Shown here piece by piece: positions 45,104-55,983 of a DNA stretch of 64,000 bases. The notes beneath the pieces were generated by a model. The model searched no databases and was not told the origin of the DNA. It was given only the letters and a program-made list of their open reading frames with translations. Position 1 is the first letter of the stretch, and every line of letters begins with the position of its first letter. Made by a program: the position numbers and the translations under genes. The stretch is from Hydrolagus colliei (lineage: Eukaryota): assembly GCA_035084275.1 (NCBI GenBank), contig CM068748.1:5208001-5272000 (forward strand), read 5' to 3'.

Positions 45104-45163
45104 GATCGGGACAAGCTTCTACATTACAAAAAACCAAGGAAAAAAGTTACAAAGCCCAGCAAG
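45104..45163 (+). CDS. JAKMIP3: JAKMIP3 coding exon 8 (20 aa, basic)
   Basis: tatacaacAG|DRDKLLHYKKPRKKVTKPSK|GTAAAT. Confidence 0.88.
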
Positions 45164-46064
45164 GTAAATACAGAAGCAACAGTTTAATTTTTAATGGCTG
45201 TCATTGTGATTCAACCCATGCCAAAATCAACTGTGAGCAACCAGGTGAAATTTACAAGACAAACTTAAAAATAAATCCTTGGGCTTCTTGGACAAATATA
45301 TTAGGAGGCAACATGCATCCATTAAAATATAGTCCTGTTGCTGAAATCTGTTTCAATTACATTTGAATTACACTTTCATTTTAAAATGTCATCGTTTTGA
45401 GAGTCAAACGCACTGGTCCTGTTTTGCTTGATACAAAGTAGTACTGATCATTAATCTTTTATCTTTGCAATATGCAATCCTACCTGTCAAATGAGGCATG
45501 TTGAAAGAGTAGAACTTTTTGGATGAAAGCAATAAAATGGCCAGATAGGTAAATATGAGAGCAATGTATTTAATTTAATTGGAAAATAATAGATTTTTTT
45601 AAACACTGCTACTGTTAATAATTCATTCAATGGTACAACAAGAATCTTACATTTTCCAGTGCAGCAAGTAAAGAATCAGACATATTCATCAGACCTCAGT
45701 CAAAGCTGGAACATAGTTGCTCAGCGTTACCTCATCTTGGAAATTTTTCTCAATTCTAAAGTTGTTGTACCATGAAATCTTACATTAAACATAATGGTAT
45801 TCACAAGTATAACTAATAGATGTTTTAGTCCAAGTGTTTGCAGTATTCTATACCAAGGAGGATCTCAGGAGAAGACCAAGATTCCCGTGGATGGCCAGAA
45901 AAAGAATCACTGTAGGCAGTTGACCTATAGTAGAAAATTATCTTAATCCAAATATTTCAAATAGAAATTGTAGGGTGATTAATAGCGACAGAGATTTTGC
46001 TTCCTTGAAACTTGAATTTGCAAAGGATTTATGGATAGTCTCTCTTATATTAATCTTACTTTGA

Positions 46065-46211
<147 letters not shown>

Positions 46212-46221
46212 TAGCATTCAG

Positions 46222-46603
46222 AAAACAACAACAACAACAAATTACATTTATAGAGCGCCTTTCACGTCGGGAGGACGTCCCAAGGCGCTGCACAGGAGGC
46301 GTGTGACCCGAGCTGGGAGGGGAGTGTTTGGGAAGGGGTGAAACACGAAGGGGAGGTAAAAGAGTTCGGGGTGGAACAAAAGGCACGATTGAAGAGGAAA
46401 GTCTTCAAACCGGCCTTGGAAGAGGAAAGGGAAGAAACGAAACGGAGTGATTGAGGGATGGCATTCCATAGGGTGGGAGCGGAGAAATTGAAGGCCCGGC
46501 CTCCGATGGTGGGGCAGTTCGGGCGGGGGGCTTGGAGCAGGCCAAGTCCTGTTGAACGGAGGGTCCGGGTGGGCGCCTAGGGGGAGAGTAGATCGGTTAA
46601 ATA
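46222..46603 (-). mobile_element. Young, GC/CpG-rich L2 3' fragment with intact tail and (ttg)n microsatellite end
   Basis: (caa)n-attacatttatagagcgcctttcacgtcgggaggacgtcccaaggcgctg, followed by the reverse of GGRAF...LWNAIPQSLR...FKTFLF. Confidence 0.88.
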
Positions 46604-46998
46604 GTTGGTTTATGGTACAATTTCAAGTGATTTAATTTGGATATCTTTCTAAATATTTCAATTGCTATTGAGATGGACAGTGTATTTTAAGTTTACATTA
46701 TGGGCTTTGGATTTATTGTACATTTATTGGCATAGCATTAACAGATTAGAAGAGAGGTAGGGATGAAGAAAGCCCATTGGTCCACTTTATATCATTTTTA
46801 AAGAACAGCTATCCTACTATTTTCCTATTATACCATCAAACTATTTCATCACTGCCAGCCTCAAATCACTCTTGTGAGGAGCCTTTTACAATACTGATCT
46901 ACGTTAAATCTACGTAAGGAAGAATACAGTTAAAATTTAAGTGTGATTCTGTACTCTAACTGAGCTAGTAAAATGTATTCACTGGTTCCTCTATTTAG

Positions 46999-47241
<243 letters not shown>

Positions 47242-47640
47242 TGAAATAGCACACAAACTAGCAGAGCATAAATGCTAAATCTATGTCAGTGGTGTCATTT
47301 CAAAGTTAGAAAATGTTGTAACGGATCGGGTTCAATGGTCAGAATTACTATGTTACATTTTCTCATCTGACCATTGTATTTAAAAGATGAAAATGAACAG
47401 CTCTTTGGTAGAATCTATTTCTTTCATTAATCATGAGTACTTTCTGAACATTTTCATTGTTTAGGTTTGTAGTTGTTTATCTTGCCACAACTCCTTCGTG
47501 CTGCTCTTACCAGTAACACCAATAAGGCAATGCCCTAGGGAGAATGTATATTTCTATAGTTCAGAGTGACAGCTTGGAGGTAAAAAGCTAATTGAAGAGA
47601 GAAGCAGTCTTCACTTTTATTCTTTTTCCTCACATTTTAG

Positions 47641-47724
47641 ACTCGTGAACAGATACAAGCAGAAAACCATAGATACCAAACCAAGATTGAAGATTTGGAA
47701 AAGGCTCTTGCAGAACAGGGCCAG
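47641..47724 (+). CDS. JAKMIP3: JAKMIP3 coding exon 11 (28 aa)
   Basis: cacattttAG|TREQIQAENHRYQTKIEDLEKALAEQGQ|GTAATA. Confidence 0.94.
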
Positions 47725-48742
47725 GTAATAATTATATGTGTAACGTACATCAGGCTCCAAAGACCCAAGGTGTGGAGAATCAGTCTTGTTCTGGTGCAGT
47801 AATGTTATCAGTAGCAGTGAAGCGATAACCTATCTAACTTAATGATAATCCATCTTTTTACTTAAAAATTAGACCTGGGCACATTCAAGCACAGGACAAT
47901 GATAATCTTCAGTGGTCAAGCCCTTAAACAATTTTCAGAAACATTTTTCAGCCTATGTTCTTTAAAAAAGATAAAATAAAGCTAGGATTGAACCTAAAAA
48001 TACAGAAGAAAGTAACTGTTAATTATCGACATCCAGCTAGGCAGCAGCCGCTCGATATCCAGCTAACCTGGTCTCCTATTGCCTCCAGCACTAATTGATT
48101 ATTTGGTCTGGAAGTTGGAGCATTTGGTCTTCAGTATGGAAATACTGGATTTTTGATTGATATCATCCTGATGTGACATTTGCCAGATTTTTCTGTGCTA
48201 TTAAATTACCCACGGTGCAATAATGAGTATCAGCTATGAACAATGTCCAGATACAGTAATAATTTACAATCCACCTGGGCATAATAGTATAGAATTACAA
48301 ACCTTTATCTGATTTGAGTCCAGGTTGATCGAGACAAATGTGTTTATCACATCAGCAGCTATATTGTTTTTAGAAAACAAATAAAGAAAATCTGTTCCCT
48401 TGACCATATCACAATTACAATTTTTCCTCAATGTTCAATAATCAATTCTGACTCTCAGAGGCAAATAAAAATGGGAGGAGTACAGGTGGAAGTGGACAAG
48501 GGAAGATGAGGAGTAAGACAGTACCCGGAATCAGGAATAGTACATGCAACAGAAAGCAAAGATAAATCAGGAATAACGGAACAATCCATTGTAAATTTTA
48601 TATTTTGATGCTTGAAAACAGAATGAAAACAGTCTTTAATTACATAGAAATGTAGTTGTAAACCACTATACAGTATTAAGTAGTATTTATGTGGGGATCA
48701 GACTAAAGCTTTTCAAGACTTCATTCTCATTTGCTTTTTTAG

Positions 48743-48805
48743 GACATGAAATGGATTGAGGAGAAACAAGCATTATACCACCGGAACCAAGAGCTACTGG
48801 ATAAG
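48743..48805 (+). CDS. JAKMIP3: JAKMIP3 coding exon 12 (21 aa)
   Basis: gcttttttAG|DMKWIEEKQALYHRNQELLDK|GTATTG. Confidence 0.94.
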
Positions 48806-48987
48806 GTATTGATTCTCAGACATTCGAAGGCAAATAGAACTGATAAAGACATTATACAGTACTGTATTACCATTATTATTTTATTTAGGTTTATTTAGTT
48901 TTCTGACACTATCATTCAGATTTCAAAGTAACCCGGTTAAAATAGCAGGTAAAAGTTAAACTCCAAAATTTGTGTTTCATTTTGCAG

Positions 48988-49086
48988 ATGCAACAAATGC
49001 AGAATGAAGAAAACCGACTTCGTCATGACGTACAAGATGTCAAAGATCAAAATGAGCTTATGGAATTTCGGATTTTGGAACTTGAA
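48988..49086 (+). CDS. JAKMIP3: JAKMIP3 coding exon 13 (33 aa)
   Basis: cattttgcAG|MQQMQNEENRLRHDVQDVKDQNELMEFRILELE|GTAAAT. Confidence 0.94.
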
Positions 49087-49579
49087 GTAAATAAAACCGG
49101 AAATCCCAATGCCATTTCTATTTATAGTCATTCTGATCCAGGATATCTGGAAATTGGAGACTAATATGCAGTGATTTGTAAGGATTCATTCTGGTAGCAG
49201 TTTATGCAGATACCAGCAACATGGGGGGAATCTCTGCTCTAAATGTAGATTGTGCATAATAAAGTTCTGGAGGGAAATTGCTGCATAATAGACTTGTATT
49301 GTACATTTTAAATACATACAATGCCGATTGTTAATGTACATAATGGGGATTAATTTGCAGTATTTCTTAACAGTAAGCAATCAAATTCATGCAAATTATA
49401 CATCTTCCAATAACCAGAAGTAAGTGATAGAGCCAATGAGAACTTTACTCTGAAGCAATCTACTTCCACGGCCAAAATCTAGTCTAGTGGATGGGCGGGA
49501 TTTCTTATTGAGGAATGTCATTGAGAAATAGCAAAGATTAATGTGCAACTGAGTTAAAAGCTTCAGTCTTTTTTTCTAA

Positions 49580-49729
<150 letters not shown>

Positions 49730-49816
49730 TAAAAGGGCACAGGGTATTAGTTACATGTGTTTAATATAGTCATCGAACGGGTCCATTTCAAACTTTTCAC
49801 CTTTCTGATTTGTCAG

Positions 49817-49870
49817 GACATTTCTGTAGCAGATCTCATGAAAAAACTGGATATCTTAGGAGATAACGCC
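49817..49870 (+). CDS. JAKMIP3: JAKMIP3 coding exon 15 (18 aa; alternative end at 49876 adds VS)
   Basis: gatttgtcAG|DISVADLMKKLDILGDNA|GTAAGT GTATGT. Confidence 0.93.
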
Positions 49871-50220
49871 GTAAGTGTATGTTGCTTTTCTAATCATGCA
49901 TGTATTCGTTTGTTTTGTATATCTGTCACTATGTAACCTCAGGGAAAATCTCAGAATACCCAAGTACTGTACTATACATTCTGTTGGACTTCATGCTCCA
50001 ATATTTATTTGTAGTGCAATCTCTAATTTGCTATTGCCACACTTCAAGCCAACCCCATTGATTGCTGTAGTTAACACATGCAAAACAATACCCAGGAACC
50101 AGGTCGCCATGCTGTGCACAGGAAGTGCCACAACATTAGCCTTTTGCGGTTTCTATTCATTCCCTTTGTATCTAACAATTTTAGAAGTTTGATTTTGTTG
50201 CATCAAATTTCCCACATATA

Positions 50221-50706
50221 CAGTAAAAGCCCGTTTATCCGTGACTCGATCAACCGGAACTTCTGTAAAACCAGTACGTAAAAAAAAAAGTCCCCATCTA
50301 ATTAACTGGATATTATCCATCACAATCGCAGTGGCGCATGTAATGAATCGATTGTCGCACAAGAGTACAATACAGGTATTTTGGCGTGCCGCTAGTAGAG
50401 CCTTAAAGTCGCGCTGCCGTTTTTTTCCCTCGCGTGGCATCCGCCATTGCAGAAGTTATCGATAGACTTCAACCCCAGCATCAAGGCTTCAAACTAGGCA
50501 TCTACCAGCAAAGGTGATTTTTAGGTGAATAACAAAGGTCTGTTATTATCTGTTATTATTTAGTCTATTATTAATATGGTATGTGTTAAAATAAGTTAAT
50601 TTTTTTTATGTTGGGTTTCCGGCGTCGGATCTGACCGAATATCCGTCATGCAGTTTAACCGGCATTGGCCAAGTCCTGCGGGTGCTGGATAAACGGGTTT
50701 TTACTG
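50221..50706. mobile_element. Non-autonomous Tc1/mariner-superfamily (Tigger/pogo-like) MITE, 486 bp
   Basis: TIRs cagtaaaagcccgtttatcc (50221-50240) and ggataaacgggtttttactg (50687-50706) match 19/20. TA dinucleotides flank both ends (50219-20, 50707-08). Confidence 0.88.
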
Positions 50707-50837
50707 TAATGCTATATATGATTCCCGTTTAGAAATGAATGCAATAAATTTCAAAACGGTCTTCGTTCTTAAACACTTGTCTCTGCTGCCTTGACTAATC
50801 TGAAACTTTTATTGAAAGGTATTTTATTTACTTGTAG

Positions 50838-50903
50838 AACTTGACCAATGAGGAGCAAGTGGTTGTTATTCAGGCCCGAACAGTGTTAACCTTGGCAGAA
50901 AAG
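50838..50903 (+). CDS. JAKMIP3: JAKMIP3 coding exon 16 (22 aa)
   Basis: ttacttgtAG|NLTNEEQVVVIQARTVLTLAEK|GTAACA. Confidence 0.95.
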
Positions 50904-51107
50904 GTAACAATATTATTTCTTTCATAATGCAAGCTACAGTGCCAACACATTTGAGGCAAGTCCTTGCGAGTATTCAAAGAATAAACCATGTTTAGAAGGC
51001 AGATTGATTCGTGGAACCCTGTACTCTGGCAATTTAAATATTAAAAAGAAATGAGTGTTAATTGTTGAATTCTAATTAAATTTATTTGGTTTTCCTTCAA
51101 CCTCTAG

Positions 51108-51176
51108 TGGCTCCAACAAATTGAAGTTACAGAATCTGCACTGCAGCAAAAAATGAACGATCTGGAAAATGAAAAG
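51108..51176 (+). CDS. JAKMIP3: JAKMIP3 coding exon 17 (23 aa)
   Basis: caacctctAG|WLQQIEVTESALQQKMNDLENEK|GTACCA. Confidence 0.94.
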
Positions 51177-51211
51177 GTACCAGCAAGAAACATCGACATT
51201 ATCAAAACTGA

Positions 51212-51570
<359 letters not shown>

Positions 51571-51882
51571 ATGAGCTAAATTTATTTGTTAAACACAATG
51601 TCCCATCTCATGAAAAACTTGTGAATGGGCGCCTGAATAAAATGGGATCCAAAAACAAACCAATGTGACTTTGAACTGATATGAGCTATATAAGATACCA
51701 TATTCAGTATTTAACTGCATTATGACTCTTAAAAATCTTTCACTATGAGTTCTTCAAATGGGCTTTTCTTTAAGATAACATTTCCTAACATTTAGATGAT
51801 TCAAGAAAAAAAAACTCGGAAAACTGTAGATTGTAAAATGTAATACAGTAATCAATAACGTTTTGAACATTAATTTTTATGA

Positions 51883-52406
<524 letters not shown>

Positions 52407-53393
52407 CCTAATTTAATAACCCACTACAATACTCTTATTTATTCCTTACCAAACAAAAGGATTTTGTCTCAAAACAAGAGAAACGTAGCATTGACATGGA
52501 TTTTGAAAAGGCTGGAATCTCTTTTCTTTTGGGTCAATAAAATCTTTCACTCCAAGGCTGTTTAACTACTAGTAGAAAATATTCCCGTCTCTGAGTCAAA
52601 CCAACATCTGAGCTTCAGCTACAAAATGTATTATCAACAATTGGAGTTCACAGTTCTTCAGTGATTACCACGAGGACCTAAGCATATTCCACATGGTTCA
52701 GCAAGCTTACAATAACTGCTGTATGCACCCAAATACCTGTTTGTTAGGATACCTTGGTATACATATGTTCCTTCATGTACAGATTAGATCTTTTATTATA
52801 TTGTATAAAGTTCCCATCCAAATATTTACTACAAAATAATGTTTTACAGACTACAAATATATTACATATTTAAGATATGACGGAATAATCCTTTACAGAG
52901 TAACATTATTGTGTGTTTAAAAAAAAATGCAGGTATTGATTTTAAAATCAGTGCAGGATATTTGAGCATCCCTTCAGTGTTTGCGGATTTGTTTTGACAA
53001 CAGCAATGCATATTAAACATGCTTGGTCTTAATTCTGGGAGGACTGTTGATTCATTGGGTTTGCATTGCAGGTAATTGAGGATTTCTATCTATTTGCAGA
53101 GCCTAAGGTTTTAAACGAATAATATGTGAGCCTATAGTTTAGCAGGTTTTAACTAATTACCAGTGGTACTTATTTGCCAACTAAAGCTGGTGGGTAATAA
53201 AGATGTCTATTGAGAAAAATGTATATTATAAAGCTATTAAATTAGCAAAATCTCCAGGTGCCATAAAGATGCCAATTATATTTCCCACTCAAGTGTGGTT
53301 ATTGCTTTAGAAAACAGATTTTCCTCTGTCCCACCATTTTCTGTCAGAATTTCTGTTCATCTTAGTTTTACAAAGCTATATTGCAACATATAT

Positions 53394-53636
53394 TAGAGCT
53401 TTTTAAAGATATTTATTTTTAATTCATAATAGGAAAACAACACAATGTGACCATTTTAAATAAGACAATTAATTTAAAGTTTAATTTCTAATACTCATAT
53501 CAGTGTTTTTCTTTAGTTGTTTATCATGTTGTTTTCCTATTATGAATATATACAATTTTTTTTAAAAGCTCTATTATTTGATATGAGTATTATAAATCAA
53601 GCTTTAAATTAATTGTCTTATTCAAAGTGGTTGCAT
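53394..53636. repeat. Interleaved double inverted repeat A-B-A'-B'
   Basis: A 53394-53442 pairs with A' 53527-53573; B 53445-53502 pairs with B' 53579-53636 (51/58). Confidence 0.9.
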
Positions 53637-53891
53637 CGAAAGCCTTAACCTACCTCCCACTTCTAGTCTTCATGTAAAATTGTAGCATTTTTCTGGTTTA
53701 TTTCAGATTTCCTTAGATTTATTCAGGCTAGAGCCTCTCTCTTTTTTTTAGCCTGGAGATTATTCTTCTAATTTACTTCCGAAATATTTTCATTGTAAGC
53801 TAATTTTAACTTTGATGACTTATTGATTTGGAAAATGTACATCCTTAAAATATTGGTAATTCTCACATCATTCCTGATTTAAATTTTGCAG

Positions 53892-53957
53892 AGAATCAAA
53901 GAATTAGAAGAAAAGATTGAGGCACAGAGAAGACAGATAAAAGAGCTTGAGGAAAAG
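53892..53957 (+). CDS. JAKMIP3: JAKMIP3 coding exon 20 (22 aa)
   Basis: aattttgcAG|RIKELEEKIEAQRRQIKELEEK|GTAATA. Confidence 0.95.
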
Positions 53958-54422
53958 GTAATACAAACTATTTAAACTATTTAAAATGCACATTCTAAAG
54001 TGCTACAGTTGATTCAATTTTTAATGTTAAATGCAATATTTGGTTAAAAAATAATTTTGCTAACTTTAGTAAAATGTAACTTTAGTAAAAATAGAATATG
54101 AAGTGTGAAACAATTCTATTGTTATTTAGTTATATTTTAGAAAATAAAAAATGTGTGTATTTGACAAATCTAATGTGTCTGCTTATCTTTTAATATCTTA
54201 TCAATGTTGCTTTGGTAAAACTTGGTATAAAAATGTTGGAAGATCTAGTTTAATATAAAATTATAAATTAGCCCTCTTCACATGTGTTGCTATTTTTTCT
54301 CTATGCTTGATACACCAGATGGCTTTTTTTTCAATTATTTTACTTATGTCACACTTCACTCCGCTTAAATTCTTGTTTTCTGTCTGTTCTTCCCTATTTC
54401 TTCCTTTCCTGTTCATTTTCAG

Positions 54423-54473
54423 TTTTTGTTTTTGTTTTTATTTTTTTCTTTAGCTTTCATTCTTTGGTCGTAA
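54423..54473 (+). CDS. JAKMIP3: JAKMIP3 coding exon 21: C-terminal hydrophobic membrane anchor plus stop; exon continues as UTR to 54498
   Basis: Long pyrimidine tract ...gttcattttcAG|FLFLFLFFSLAFILWS*(TAA 54471-54473); donor AAG|GTAAGG at 54499. Confidence 0.93.
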   Translation, partial: FLFLFLFFSLAFILWS

Positions 54474-55860
54474 TACTCCCAGGCAGTCAACAAAGAAGGT
54501 AAGGTTTCTTATTTTGACAGAATAGGTTTCGTAAATGGGACATTGGGAAATTTCATGGGAAATTTACTGAAGTAAATGGGGTGGGAAAAGAAGACTTGAA
54601 TGATGCAGTGCTCCACTATTTATCATTTACTTTGTGTGCTAACTATGACGTTTAAAGACTTTCGCTTTAGTACATAATGCAGAAGTTAGTAATAATTGCC
54701 TTGTTAATTTATCAATATTGTCAAGGCAAAAGTCCTTGAATAGTGTGTGACAGACTAAGACATTTCTATGTACAGGCAATCATTTTAGTGAAACTCGAAA
54801 TAATTTTCAGGGATTTTTTTTCTATTTGCTGATTAATTATTGGTGAAGTAGAGACAGATGTACAGTTTCTCACAACTCCCACAGTCATTGCTTTTGAAAG
54901 CCTTATATACGTAAATATTGCAATAAATATATAGTAAAGAATAAATAACCACGTCTGGGATGCAAAGGCGAAGATATTTCTGGATATTGATTTGGGTGAT
55001 GTGTGCACTTGATGAGGTATCTAATGTGTGCTGCAGTCAAACTGCATTTTTCATGCCTGTACAAACTTAGTGGTCTGAGCAGTATAATTTGGGAGTAAAT
55101 CGTGCATGAGTTTCCTTTCATTTCCCTTAATTGAAGCACTTCTCTATAGACCCCAGGAGTCTTCCATTTCGATAAAGAAGATGTGACACCAGCCAAGGAT
55201 GGCTCTGTGGAGAGTATCCATTACTGGACATTGATTTGAGTGTAATTGTTCTTTGTGTCCCACCACGTTTTGGCTGCATTAAAAAAGAGGTCTTCAAATC
55301 AATTCCCAAACACACTGACTGCAAACAAATCAATAGCTTGTAGTGGATACACTCTGGCTGATGTCACTTGCTCACTCTTCATTTGAACAGAGATCTCCTG
55401 GGTTATGCACAAGAACTCTTCAACTAGGATTTTTTTTGTTTTAAAACACATTGATAGCATTTAAAATATAATAGTCATATTTTTATTAAGTATTTATTCT
55501 AATGGGATGACAACTTATATTTTTGGCAACTTGCACTTGATATTCATCAGCGATAAATGGGTATCTTCTTTATTTTAAATGCCTGTGATCAAACCTTTGG
55601 TAGAATTGGAGTTTGCACTCAATGTTTACGCAAAGTTTAAGTTAGTATCCTTGGAATTTATATATGAAGCTTGCTGGTCAATGCTTATTTTAAAGCAAGT
55701 ACTGTGCCTAGTTTTTGTTACTGACATTTCTTCCATTTTTAAAGCTTGTTGTTAATCAAGCTCAAGTTTAAAGAAGTGACAGTTAAGTGATGTTAGTGTG
55801 ACCTGTTGTCTTTATAATTGATTATTCTACAGTCATTTAAAATCAGTTTGTTCTTCACAG

Positions 55861-55983
55861 GTTGCAGGGAAGGCAAGTAAACCAGGCACTGTATTAAATG
55901 ATCAAATTACAGTGTTATTTCAAGAGAGCCCAATACTGCAACAAGATGTCAAGTGTATGAGAGAAAACCTCACAGTTCTCTGA
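55861..55983 (+). other. JAKMIP3: Candidate downstream exon start: 3' UTR for the anchored isoform, or 40-codon alternative C-terminus for an anchor-less isoform
   Basis: Acceptor tttgttcttcacAG|G at 55859-55860. Phase-0 frame is open: VAGKASKPGTVLNDQITVLFQESPILQQDVKCMRENLTVL*. Confidence 0.45.
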
